A stretch of 61,426 bases of DNA, from NCBI GenBank assembly GCA_016190485.1, contig JACPQN010000139.1, positions 1 through 61,426 on the forward strand, written 5' to 3'. The translations under genes were made by a program, and so were the position numbers. The stretch's first letter is position 1; the number at the start of each line of letters is the position of its first letter. Shown one piece after another: positions 26,596 through 35,546 of this stretch. Source of the DNA: Chloroflexota bacterium (GTDB lineage: Bacteria > Chloroflexota > Dehalococcoidia > SHYD01). The notes under the pieces are model-generated. The model saw only the letters and a list, made by a program, of their open reading frames with translations. It was not told where the DNA came from and did not search any database.

Positions 26596-26751
26596 TTACT
26601 CGTCCCCGCATTGACGTCGCCGAGAGGCCTTGGCCTCCATCGGCTCCTTGAAGTAGCGCCGCTGGGCCTCGGCCCGGGCCGGGTCCGCGGGCTGCTGGAG
26701 CTGCGCGCAGAGGGAGGAGAAGATATGATCTACAAGGGTACTGCTGGTCAT
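26596..26751 (-). pseudogene. N-terminal remnant of a second AlkD-like gene
   Basis: Translates as MTSSTLVDHIFSSLCAQLQQPADPARAEAQRRYFKEPMEA..., then diverges and stops. Compare AlkD: MSLADQILAGLQSALRAHADPARASAQKRYFKEPIAT. The 18-nt identity GGCTCCTTGAAGTAGCGC is shared with 25569-25586. Confidence 0.6.
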
Positions 26752-26754
26752 CAA

Positions 26755-27138
26755 TTAATAGGTGTTTATGTCGGCGTTCAGAGTCCGGCAATCACGTGTG
26801 TTTCTGGTGTAGATTGGCTCGTTACGTTGCAATGCGGTAGCCGCAATCAAGGCGTCTCGGATCAGAGTTTCGCGAAAATTGTTCACGCCTTTAAGTAGTC
26901 TCGCGGCCTGCTCAGCGACAGTGCTTGTAAGAGTTGCCTCCTCCAAGAGGGATAGCAGGTCTCTATACGTCCCTTCCTCCTCAGAAGACAGATTCCCCAT
27001 CCACAGCTCTAGAACAGACATGGGTGAAAAAGACGCGCTAAGCCGCCCCGCAAGCACTCCTTCAAGAATTGCCTGAGCACTTGGGTCTCCTCGGTAGTAG
27101 TCAATGAAGACCGTAGTATCGAGCAGGAAGTCACTCAT
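26755..27138 (-). CDS. vapC: PIN-domain toxin
   Basis: 127 aa. MSDFLLDTTVFIDYYRG N-terminus and acidic residues spaced as in PIN domains. Overlaps the upstream small gene by 8 nt. Confidence 0.8.
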   Translation of the reverse strand: MSDFLLDTTVFIDYYRGDPSAQAILEGVLAGRLSASFSPMSVLELWMGNLSSEEEGTYRDLLSLLEEATLTSTVAEQAARLLKGVNNFRETLIRDALIAATALQRNEPIYTRNTRDCRTLNADINTY

Positions 27139-27490
27139 CCCGCTTCCTCAGAAGACCGGCCCATAGCTCCTTCATCCGCTCAACGTATTCCTCCCCAGGC
27201 GGCAGGTCTGGGCGGGAGCCGAAGGCCGCGCGAATCCTTTTCACCACCTCCGGGTCTAGAGGTCTCTTCACTTCTTTCGGAGTTTCGTGCTCACCGAACT
27301 CAGTGAGGACTTCGTCCAGCACCTCATTCAATCCATGTTTTACCTTCAAAAGCTCAAGGTATGCTCGCTTGTCAACGTCTTCGCCAGACGAATTGGCGAC
27401 GGCCATAGAAAGCTTTTCGAGGTTATTAGCGCGCTGTTTTAGTTTTGAAGCAGCGTTCTTGAGGCTCCGAGCCACCCTAGCTTTGTTCAT
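27131..27490 (-). CDS. Putative cognate antitoxin of VapC (119 aa, atypical, helical)
   Basis: Position and overlap with vapC. No RHH or AbrB motif recognised. Confidence 0.55.
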   Translation of the reverse strand: MNKARVARSLKNAASKLKQRANNLEKLSMAVANSSGEDVDKRAYLELLKVKHGLNEVLDEVLTEFGEHETPKEVKRPLDPEVVKRIRAAFGSRPDLPPGEEYVERMKELWAGLLRKRDE

Positions 27491-27502
27491 CGCAGTCCAC
27501 CC

Positions 27503-28699
27503 CTACTCCCGCCCACGTGGCCCCGTCGTCACCAGGTAGGCGCGGTAGTTGCGGCGGGTCTCCTCCAGGTGGTCGCCGCCGAACTTCTCCAGCATGGCCT
27601 CCACCAGGCAGACGGCCACCATGGCCTCGCCGATGACCCCCGCTGCGGGCACCACGCAGACGTCGCTGCGCTCGTAGTGGGCCCGCACCTCGTCGCCGCT
27701 GATGAGGTCCGCCGAGGGCAGGGGCTTGGAGAGGGTGGCGATGGGCTTGATGGCGAACTGGGCCACGATGGGCTCCCCGGTGGTCATGCCGCCCTCGAAG
27801 CCGCCGGTGTTGTTGGTGCGCCGCTGCCAGGGGCGCACCCAGCCGTCGGGCCGGCCCTCGTCGGTCCACTCGTCCACGGGCTTGATCACGTCGTGGGCTT
27901 GGGAGCCCCGCACCTCGGAGCCACCGAAGCCCAGGCCGAAGGAGACGGCCTTCACGGCGTTGATGCTCATGAGGGTCTGGGCGATGCGGGCGTGGAGCTT
28001 GCGGTCCCACTGGGTGTGGCTGCCCAGTCCGATGGGCGCGCCGGTGGCGATGACCTCGATGACGCCGCCCACGGTGTCGCCATCTTCCTTGGCGGCGTCG
28101 ATGGCGGCCACCATCTTCTCGGTGGCCTCAGGGTCGGCGCAGCGCACGGGGCTCTCTTCGACCGCCGCCCAGTCCACGGGGTAGCGCACCCCGGCGTGCA
28201 CCCCGCCGATGGCGGTGACGTGGCTGTGGATCTGGATGCCGAACTCCTCCAGGAAACGGCGGCACAGGGCGCCCACGGCCACCCGGGCCGCCGTCTCCCG
28301 GGCGCTGGAGCGCTCCAGGATGTTGCGCACGTCGCTCTGCATGTACTTGGCGCTGCCGGTCGTGTCGGCGTGGCCGGGCCGCAGGCGGGTGACGGTGTTC
28401 AGGTCCCGCTCGATGGGGCTGACGCTCATCACCTCCTGCCAGTTCTCCCAGTCCTTGTTGTCGATGAGCATGGTGATGGGGCTGCCCATGGTGTAGCCGT
28501 GGCGCACGCCGGAGCGGAAGCGGGCCCAGTCGGTCTCGATCTGCTGGCGGCCGCCCCGGCCGTAGCCCCCCTGTCGGCGGGCCAGGTCCTGGCGGATGTA
28601 CTCCTCGCTGATGGACAGCCCCGCGGGGATGCCCTGGATGATGACGGTGAGCCCCGGCCCGTGGGACTCTCCGGCGGTAGCCCACTGTAGCGTTGGCAT
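27503..28699 (-). CDS. aroC: Chorismate synthase
   Basis: N-terminal WATAGESHGPGLTVIIQGIPAG. 398 aa. Confidence 0.92.
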   Translation of the reverse strand: MPTLQWATAGESHGPGLTVIIQGIPAGLSISEEYIRQDLARRQGGYGRGGRQQIETDWARFRSGVRHGYTMGSPITMLIDNKDWENWQEVMSVSPIERDLNTVTRLRPGHADTTGSAKYMQSDVRNILERSSARETAARVAVGALCRRFLEEFGIQIHSHVTAIGGVHAGVRYPVDWAAVEESPVRCADPEATEKMVAAIDAAKEDGDTVGGVIEVIATGAPIGLGSHTQWDRKLHARIAQTLMSINAVKAVSFGLGFGGSEVRGSQAHDVIKPVDEWTDEGRPDGWVRPWQRRTNNTGGFEGGMTTGEPIVAQFAIKPIATLSKPLPSADLISGDEVRAHYERSDVCVVPAAGVIGEAMVAVCLVEAMLEKFGGDHLEETRRNYRAYLVTTGPRGRE

Positions 28700-28716
28700 A
28701 GGCTGCTCCTCAGCTC

Positions 28717-29109
28717 TTAGAGTAATAGTGTCATCAAGAGGCCACGGACGGGGATCAGGCGATGGCCGAGGGGGTCTGGCGCTAGCCCAAACGTCTCTAG
28801 GGTTTGAGCACCCATCAGCGGTATGGTCTGTTCGTCACCGAATACGACTAAGATGGGAAGGAGCTGCCCGTCAAGTCTGGCCATCGTTACGTTCATGTCC
28901 CGTTCAATGACACGCCCGTCGGCGGTCTCGAACTCTCTCCGGAAGCTCGGCTGTACGCCCAGTCGCTCCAGGAGCGAGCGAGGCACCCAGGTATAACTTG
29001 TCCTGAGCGGGATCGAAGGGCTCGATCCTGTGTAAACGAGCGCCTCGATCTCCTCAAATCTAGAGCCGTCCGGGCTGCCGAGGGCGATGGGGTGACGAAA
29101 GGTGGACAT
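28717..29109 (-). CDS. Retropepsin-like (clan AA) protein paralog with the catalytic Asp replaced and an 8-aa insert
   Basis: Aligns along its length with 29328-29735, but has ALVYTGS[SPSIPLRT]SYTWVPRSLL where the paralog has ALVDTGATLTVLPGSLL. The insert is encoded by a REP-1-like unit (28997-29021). Confidence 0.7.
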   Translation of the reverse strand: MSTFRHPIALGSPDGSRFEEIEALVYTGSSPSIPLRTSYTWVPRSLLERLGVQPSFRREFETADGRVIERDMNVTMARLDGQLLPILVVFGDEQTIPLMGAQTLETFGLAPDPLGHRLIPVRGLLMTLLL

Positions 29110-29327
29110 ATGCTTTTACAGGGGCTGCTCACTCGCGGGATCAGTCAAGTCTTGGGACAGAGAATCGATAAACTCCGGGCGCATATATCGGATGTTCTCG
29201 CCCATTTGAGCCGTTGCTTCTCGAAGCTTGGAATAAGGGATGTACTTACATATGCTACTCAGAGGTCTCCGATTCCGCGAAAAGGTAGGACGGTTACCAT
29301 GATCGCCGCCGACACATTACTCTCCAT

Positions 29328-29735
29328 CTACAGCAGCAGCCCTGGCGTGGGCACCAGGCGGAGGTGCACGGGATCGATGGTGAGGCCCACAGATTCCAGC
29401 ACCACCACGCCCAGCGTCGCGCTGACATCTTCTTGCCCGAACACACAGAGCGTCGGGGTACTCAGTCCCTCGACTGTGACCTCAGCATTACCGATCGGCC
29501 ATTGCACCGTCCTGCCATCGGCCAGCTCAAAGACCTGTTGGCGGATGGATTGGATGCCGATCTGGCGCAGCAGTGAACCTGGCAACACCGTAAGCGTCGC
29601 CCCGGTGTCCACCAGAGCATCCACGGTGACGGCAGCGCCGGTTTGCGGATTAGCGACGGTTATCGGCACGTTGAAAACACCCACTTTGATCCTTCTATTG
29701 ATTAACGGGTCTTGAAGTCGCGAGGAACCTGCCAT
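29328..29735 (-). CDS. Retropepsin-like (clan AA) aspartic protease, intact DTG
   Basis: 135 aa. VDALVDTGATLTVLPGSLL, and a C-terminal LGVVVLESVGLTIDP typical of small bacterial/archaeal retropepsin-like proteins. Confidence 0.75.
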   Translation of the reverse strand: MAGSSRLQDPLINRRIKVGVFNVPITVANPQTGAAVTVDALVDTGATLTVLPGSLLRQIGIQSIRQQVFELADGRTVQWPIGNAEVTVEGLSTPTLCVFGQEDVSATLGVVVLESVGLTIDPVHLRLVPTPGLLL

Positions 29736-29741
29736 CTTGTC

Positions 29742-30602
29742 CTACTCCCGCAGCGCGTTCCTGGCGGCGGCAAACATGACGTCCACCGGCGCCTCTCGCT
29801 CTGTCCAGAGCTGGAAGGCGGCCGCGCCCTGGTACACCAGCATGGGGAGGCCTCCCAGGGTGCGGCAGCCGGCTTCCCGGGCCTGGCGCAGCAGCGGCGT
29901 CTCGGTGGGGTTGTAGACCAGGTCGTAGACGAAGAGCTTGGACGGAATGGCCACGCCGTCCAGCGGCGACTGGTGCTCTGCCTCGCCGTGCAGCATCCCC
30001 ATGGGCGTGGTGTTCACCACCAGGTCGTACCAGGGCAGGATGGCGGCCATGCCCTCCCGCCGCCACTCCCCCATGGTGATGCGGGCGTCGTACTCCTTGG
30101 CCACGCCCATCATGCTCTCCACCATGATGCGAACCCGCTTGCCGTTGCGGCTGGCCACCCCCACAAAGCCCGCCTTGTTGGCCACCAGCCCGTAGAGCAC
30201 GGCTCGGGCTGCGCCGCCGGCGCCCAGGACCAGCACCTTCAGGCCCTCCGGTTTGACCCCGGCGTCCTCCCGCAGCGCCCGCAGGAAGCCCGAGCAGTCG
30301 GTGTTGTAGCCCACCAGTCGCCCATCCTCCTTGACCACGGTGTTCACCGCGCGGATGGCCGTGGCCGCGTCATCAGTACGGTCCAGGTAGGGGAGCACTG
30401 CCTCTTTGTGAGGCACCGTGACATTCATGCCCAGCCGGTCGGGCTGGCGCAGGGCGTCCACGGCCGCCGGCAGCTCCTCCGGCGGCGTCTCCCAGGCCTG
30501 GTAGCAGATGTCCAGGCCGTGGTGGTCCAGGGCGGCCTGCTGGAACACGGGCGAGATGGAGTGTCCCAGCGGGTAGCCGATGATGCCCAGGTACTGCGTC
30601 AT
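29742..30602 (-). CDS. aroE: Shikimate dehydrogenase
   Basis: GIIGYPLGHSISPVFQQAAL and VLVLGAGGAARAV. Confidence 0.9.
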   Translation of the reverse strand: MTQYLGIIGYPLGHSISPVFQQAALDHHGLDICYQAWETPPEELPAAVDALRQPDRLGMNVTVPHKEAVLPYLDRTDDAATAIRAVNTVVKEDGRLVGYNTDCSGFLRALREDAGVKPEGLKVLVLGAGGAARAVLYGLVANKAGFVGVASRNGKRVRIMVESMMGVAKEYDARITMGEWRREGMAAILPWYDLVVNTTPMGMLHGEAEHQSPLDGVAIPSKLFVYDLVYNPTETPLLRQAREAGCRTLGGLPMLVYQGAAAFQLWTEREAPVDVMFAAARNALRE

Positions 30603-30633
30603 GATGGTCCCTGCCTTTCCAAAGGTCCGGGTA

Positions 30634-31521
30634 TCAGGCGACCCGGCGGAACTTCTGGACCCGCTGGCCGTCCAGCACCTCCGACACGTAGAGGTCGCCC
30701 CGCGAGTCCGTCCAGATGCCGTGCGGTCCCCAGAAGAGGCCGGGATCGTGGGTCTGTTTTTCTCCCCAGCGGGCCAGGACGTTCCCTTTCAGGTCGACTA
30801 TGCTCACCCGGGCGCCCAGCTCGGCCACGTACAGCACGTCGTCGGCGTCGATGAAGAGCTTGCAGGGCTGGAGGAAGCCGGGCCAGGTCTCCAGGTGCTT
30901 ACCCTCTGGTGTGAAGACCTGGATGCGGTTGTTTTGCCGGTCGGCCACGTAGAGGCGGCCTTTGTGCTCCCACACGCTGTGGACAAGCTGGAACTGCCCC
31001 GGCCCGTCGCCCGGCTCCCCGAAGGAGAACATGAGCTGGCCGAAGGCCGAGAACTTGTGGACCCGGCAGTTGCGGTAGCCGTCGGAGATCCAGATCTCTC
31101 CCTGGGGGGAGAGGGAAAGGTCCGTCGGATGATGGAAGGGCGGTCCCGCATGGGTGACGGTGCGGTTAGCGTCGGTGTAGCCCGTGTCCGAGGGCACGCC
31201 CCGGTTGCCCATAGTAAAGAGCAGCTTGCCCGCGTGGGTGAATCTCATCGCCACCTGCGGGCTGCGGTCCACCAGGTAGATACTGTCGTCCGGGCCGATG
31301 CAGATGCCGTGGGCGTCCTGGAAGAAGCCCTCGCCCCAGGAGTAGAGGAACCGCCCCTCTCGATCAAAGACCATGAGGGGATGCTCGGTCCGGGTAAAGA
31401 CGTGCACCCGGTCCTGGGAGTCCACCGCCACTCCCCCGACCTGTCCCCATTGCCAGCCCTGGGGCAACTGGCCCCAGCCCTCCACCAGCTCGTAGGTGTG
31501 CTTGCCACTGCCCACTCTCAT
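30634..31521 (-). CDS. NHL-repeat six-bladed beta-propeller protein (peptidyl-alpha-hydroxyglycine amidating-lyase-like)
   Basis: YELVEGWGQLPQGWQWGQVGGVAVDSQDRVHVF and repeated YV(A/S)D..N.R(I/V)QVF-type blades. RBS GAGGGAG. Confidence 0.75.
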   Translation of the reverse strand: MRVGSGKHTYELVEGWGQLPQGWQWGQVGGVAVDSQDRVHVFTRTEHPLMVFDREGRFLYSWGEGFFQDAHGICIGPDDSIYLVDRSPQVAMRFTHAGKLLFTMGNRGVPSDTGYTDANRTVTHAGPPFHHPTDLSLSPQGEIWISDGYRNCRVHKFSAFGQLMFSFGEPGDGPGQFQLVHSVWEHKGRLYVADRQNNRIQVFTPEGKHLETWPGFLQPCKLFIDADDVLYVAELGARVSIVDLKGNVLARWGEKQTHDPGLFWGPHGIWTDSRGDLYVSEVLDGQRVQKFRRVA

Positions 31522-31713
31522 CTTGGCTGCTCCCTCTGCGCTAGCGCTCTAGTACAATAGTAGCAGGGCACGGCAAAGGTTGCTCTTGCAGCGCTCCCGC
31601 CGTGGCGAGCCTACGCCGTCCGCCAGCAGGGTGTCAAGGCGGTAGGCTCCCACCGCTTCAAGCGGCTGCTGCGCTGTGGTATAGTGTAATAACCCGTCCC
31701 GAGGGACAGCCCT

Positions 31714-33048
31714 ATGGAGTATCCGCAGTCCGAAGCCGGCCCCACCTCTGGGGCGGGCTTTCCTGTGAAAGCCTTCCTCTTCTGGCTCTTCTTCCTTGCC
31801 TTTGTAGCAGGCGGTTTCTACTCTGGCGTGCTCTCCTTGCCTCGCGTCCTGAGCTGGGTGGACGCTGTGGCCGCCGGCTCCCTGGGCCAGCGCCCCCTCC
31901 CCTTCAACCTCTTCCCCTCCAACCCCGACCTGGCCCCCGACTGGAACAACCGCGAACGGGTGACCATCCTGATCATGGGTGTAGATCGGCGGCCCGACGA
32001 GGGGCGAGACGCTCCCGCCCGTACCGACACCATGATGGTGGTCACCCTGGACCCCTTTAGTCGCAGTGCGGGCATGCTGAGTATCCCCCGAGACCTCTGG
32101 GTGCCCATTCCACTCAAGAGTGGCAGCGTGATCCAGGACCGTGTGAATACCGCCAATGTGTATGGCGAGATCTACAGCTACCCGGGCGGCGGGCCGGCCC
32201 TGGCTAAAGAGACGGTGCAGTACAACCTGGGCGTGCGCATCCACTACTACGTGGTGATCGACTTCGATGGGTTCCAGCGTATCGTGGACGCGCTGGGAGG
32301 CCTCACCATGGATGTGCCTGCGCCCCTCACCGATTATGAGTACCCGACGCCCGACTACGGTACCATGCGTATCCATATCCCGGCGGGGATGCAGCACTTT
32401 GATGGCGAACGGGCCCTCTGGTACGTGCGCTCCCGGCACCAGGATTCTGACTTTGGCCGGATGCACCGGCAGCAGCAGTTCCTCATGGCCCTGCGGGAGC
32501 GGGTGTTCCAACTGGATGCGCTGCCCCGGCTGCCGCAGCTCTGGGCGGAGTTCCGGGACGCGGTGCGGACGGACCTCTCGCTCACGGAGATCCTCACCCT
32601 GGCCGGGATCGCGCGCGAGATAGGGTCAGAGGACATCCTGAGCCGGTCTCTGGAGTTCCCCTACGTCTCCGCTACCATTACCACCGACGGCGCGTCTATC
32701 CTGCTGCCCAATCGGAGCAAGATGCGGGAGGTGATGGACGAGGTGTTCGCGGACGTTCGGAGGGTGGAGGAGGCCGCTCGCATCGAAGTGCTCAACGGGA
32801 CCACCACCCCAGGTCTGGCGGCCCGCATGGCCCGCCAGCTCCAGTCCTACGGACTAGACAACGTCACCACTGGGGATGCTGACGGTCTCTATAAGCTGAC
32901 GGAGATCCGGAACCTCTCGGGCAAGAACTACACCGCTAACCTGCTCGCGTCCCTGCTGCACGTGAGCAGGGACCGGGTGAAGAGCCAGGCTCGGGAGGAT
33001 GGTGAGACGGTGGATATCCGCCTGGTGCTGGGCGAGGATGCCCGCTAG
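31714..33048 (+). CDS. LytR-CpsA-Psr (LCP) family cell-envelope phosphotransferase
   Basis: N-terminal TM. ILIMGVDRRPDEGRDAPARTDTMMVVTLDP and SIPRDLWVPIP. C-terminal LytR_C-like domain. Confidence 0.85.
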   Translation: MEYPQSEAGPTSGAGFPVKAFLFWLFFLAFVAGGFYSGVLSLPRVLSWVDAVAAGSLGQRPLPFNLFPSNPDLAPDWNNRERVTILIMGVDRRPDEGRDAPARTDTMMVVTLDPFSRSAGMLSIPRDLWVPIPLKSGSVIQDRVNTANVYGEIYSYPGGGPALAKETVQYNLGVRIHYYVVIDFDGFQRIVDALGGLTMDVPAPLTDYEYPTPDYGTMRIHIPAGMQHFDGERALWYVRSRHQDSDFGRMHRQQQFLMALRERVFQLDALPRLPQLWAEFRDAVRTDLSLTEILTLAGIAREIGSEDILSRSLEFPYVSATITTDGASILLPNRSKMREVMDEVFADVRRVEEAARIEVLNGTTTPGLAARMARQLQSYGLDNVTTGDADGLYKLTEIRNLSGKNYTANLLASLLHVSRDRVKSQAREDGETVDIRLVLGEDAR

Positions 33049-33054
33049 GCCCTG

Positions 33055-34104
33055 CTACTGGTACAGCACTACCGACTTTAGCCCCTCCAGCCCCAGGCGC
33101 GCCTCGTAGGCCTTGTTGGCCTCCGCCGGCCCCAGCCGGTGGGTGATGAGCTTGCGGGCCACCGGCAGTACGGAGAGCATCTGACTCACCCGCGCGTACT
33201 GGTCGGTAGTGGCGTTCTGGGTGCCGGTGAGGAACAGCTCGTCGTAGTGGATGCGGTTGGCGTCCATGGTGAGCTGAGAGCCGGGTGGGAACCCGGCAAA
33301 GAGATTGAAGTAGCCCTGTTTGCGTACGGCGCTGAGGCCCTCTTCCACTGGCGCCACTGCGCCCACGCTCAGGATGCCCGCGTCGGCGCCCATGCCACCC
33401 GTCGCCGACAGGACCTCCTTCAGCAGGCTCTGCTTCTGAGGGTTCACACACACGGCTGCGCCCAACTCCTCCGCCGTCCTCCGTCGCTCTTCCACTGGGT
33501 CGCTGATGATCACCTTGGCCGCGCCCATGGCCCGGGCCAGCACCAGGTGGATCAAGCCCATGGGCCCGGCGCCGATGATGAGGAGGGAGTTACCCGGCTG
33601 CACCCGGCAGCTCTCCAGGGAGTTGAGCACGCAGGCAAAGGGCTCCGTCATGCAGGCGATCTCGTAGTCCATGTTCTGGGGGATCTTGATGATGTGGCCC
33701 AGCTTCACGATGCCCTGAGGCACCCGTAGGTAGTGGGCAAAGCCGCCATCCTCGTCGTAGCCCAGCGTGAGACGGCGCAGGCAGCGGTTGCGCTTGCCCA
33801 CCAGGCAGAAGTAGCACTCGCCGCAGGCGATGATGGGGCAGACCACCACCCGGTCGCCCAGGGCCACCTCGTCCACGCCGTCACCCAGGGCGGCCACCTG
33901 GCCGGCGATCTCATGGCCGGGGATGACGCCGGCCCTCGCCTTCTTCTCGCCCTTGTACACCCGGATGTCCGACGCGCAGACGGAGGTGGCTCCAACCTGG
34001 ATCAACACCTCGCCCTGGCTAATCCGCGGGATGGGTCGCTCCTCCACGCTGATCTTGCCCGGCTCATGAAAGATGAGCGCTTGCATGGTGCTCATGGCGG
34101 TCAC
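33055..34104 (-). CDS. Zinc-dependent medium-chain alcohol/polyol dehydrogenase
   Basis: GHEIAGQV, structural-zinc CGECYFCLVGKRNRC, and NAD motif LIIGAGPMGL. Confidence 0.88.
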   Translation of the reverse strand: MTAMSTMQALIFHEPGKISVEERPIPRISQGEVLIQVGATSVCASDIRVYKGEKKARAGVIPGHEIAGQVAALGDGVDEVALGDRVVVCPIIACGECYFCLVGKRNRCLRRLTLGYDEDGGFAHYLRVPQGIVKLGHIIKIPQNMDYEIACMTEPFACVLNSLESCRVQPGNSLLIIGAGPMGLIHLVLARAMGAAKVIISDPVEERRRTAEELGAAVCVNPQKQSLLKEVLSATGGMGADAGILSVGAVAPVEEGLSAVRKQGYFNLFAGFPPGSQLTMDANRIHYDELFLTGTQNATTDQYARVSQMLSVLPVARKLITHRLGPAEANKAYEARLGLEGLKSVVLYQ

Positions 34105-34106
34105 TC

Positions 34107-35285
34107 CTACTCTGGGGGTCCTGACTGCACGAGGGCGCGCAGCGCGCCCACGAGTCGGTCCAGGTCCTCTTCGTTATTAAAAAAGTCCACCGAGGCCCGG
34201 ACGCCCGGTGGGTAGTTGACAGCCCGAGCCACGATCCTGTCCCGCCTCCAGAGGGCGTCCACCAGGTCGCGGGGCTCCCAGCCGCTGGGAACAAAGGTCA
34301 CCAGGCCGCTGGCGGTCGGCCCCGCGGCCGGGCTGGTGACGGCGACACCCGGAATAGCGGCCAGGTCCTGGCGCAGCCGCTCCGTGAGCGCCTGCCACCG
34401 GGCCTGCACCGCTTCCATCCCGACCTCCTGCAGGAAACGGATGGCCTCTATTGCGCCCGCCAGCAGGGGGATGCTCATGGTGGTCAGCTCGAACTTCTCG
34501 GGAGAGTCGGTGACGGGCTCGAAGTCGCCTTCCTGATCGTAGCGCAGCGCGGCATGGCCGGAGACCTCCGCCGGGTCGAGCTCCGGCAGCAGCTCCCGCC
34601 GCACGTAGAGAAATCCGACGCCGTCTGGCCCCAGCACCCACTTGTGGGCCGGGCCAGCGTAGTAGTCGCTGTCCAGCGCCCGCATGTCCAGGGGGACCTG
34701 GCCGGGCGACTGGGCCGCGTCCACCAGCACCCGGGCGCCGCGCCGGTGCGCCATGCGCTGCACCTCACCCAGGGGGAGCCGCAGCCCTGTGGAGTACATG
34801 ATGTGACTCAGCAGCAGCAGGCGGGTCCGCGGCGTGATGGCGTCTTCCAGCTTCTGGAGGATGTCCGCCTCGCTGTCTGCGGCCGCCAGCTTGACGATGC
34901 GCACCGCCACCCCGTGGCGGCGGCGGAGGTGGTAGGAGGGCACCAGCCCGGAGCCGTGCTCCAGGTTGTCGGTGACGATCTCGTCGCCCGGCTGCCAGCG
35001 CAACCCGTTGAGCACGATATTGATGCCCCGAGTGGTGTTGTCGGTGAGGGTGATCTCCTCGGCCCTGGCGCCGACGAAATGGGCGAACGCGGCGCGGGCC
35101 TCGCCCTTCACCTCCCGGTGCCGGTCCAGCACGGGACGGCTGGTCGGGCCCTCAGCGTTCTCGAAGGCCAGCATCCGGCCGATGGCATCCACCACCGCCT
35201 GGGGCGAGGGGCCGGACCAGCCGGTGTTGAGATAGACCACGTTCTTGGTGGTGGGAATCTGGCTGCGGATGGTGGCGATATCCAT
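34107..35285 (-). CDS. Class V aminotransferase / cysteine-desulfurase-like PLP enzyme
   Basis: ATG at 35285 (MDIATIRSQIPTTKNVVYLNTGWSGP). The upstream extension in the ORF track is translated heptad repeat. PLP-fold length and the GPAHKWVLGP region fit the family. Confidence 0.8.
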   Translation of the reverse strand: MDIATIRSQIPTTKNVVYLNTGWSGPSPQAVVDAIGRMLAFENAEGPTSRPVLDRHREVKGEARAAFAHFVGARAEEITLTDNTTRGINIVLNGLRWQPGDEIVTDNLEHGSGLVPSYHLRRRHGVAVRIVKLAAADSEADILQKLEDAITPRTRLLLLSHIMYSTGLRLPLGEVQRMAHRRGARVLVDAAQSPGQVPLDMRALDSDYYAGPAHKWVLGPDGVGFLYVRRELLPELDPAEVSGHAALRYDQEGDFEPVTDSPEKFELTTMSIPLLAGAIEAIRFLQEVGMEAVQARWQALTERLRQDLAAIPGVAVTSPAAGPTASGLVTFVPSGWEPRDLVDALWRRDRIVARAVNYPPGVRASVDFFNNEEDLDRLVGALRALVQSGPPE

Positions 35286-35350
35286 GGCGGTCCTTCCTAG
35301 CCCCTCAGAGCGTTTTATTCTAGCACATTCCTGGCGCTGGCGGTGTGCTT

Positions 35351-35463
35351 GGTCCGAGGTCCGAGGTCCGAAGTCCAAGGTCTGTCGCTTAGGGTTGCAC
35401 ATTGGACGTTGCACGTTGGACGTTGGACGTTGCACGTTGGACGTTGGACGTTGTACCTTGCGC
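35351..35463. repeat. Heptanucleotide arrays: GGTCCGA-type x5 (35351-35385) and GTTGSAC x10 (35394-35463)
   Basis: Units counted directly. Lies in the divergent intergenic region between 35285 and 35547. Confidence 0.9.
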
Positions 35464-35546
35464 CCCTCTTGCGCTTCTTTGCTATAATCGTGGGGCCGCG
35501 AAGGAAGTTCCCAGCGAGCGCAAGACTACAGGGATTGGAGGAGGAC

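Noticed and set aside
29116-29316. Small gene between the two retropepsin-like genes (..YIPYSKLREATAQMGENIRYMRPEFIDSLSQDLTDPASEQPL), possibly antitoxin-like.
   Set aside because: The open frame has no ATG, GTG or TTG before the ATG at 29205, which leaves only 29 aa. I could not support a family assignment. It is mentioned only as a possible decayed gene.
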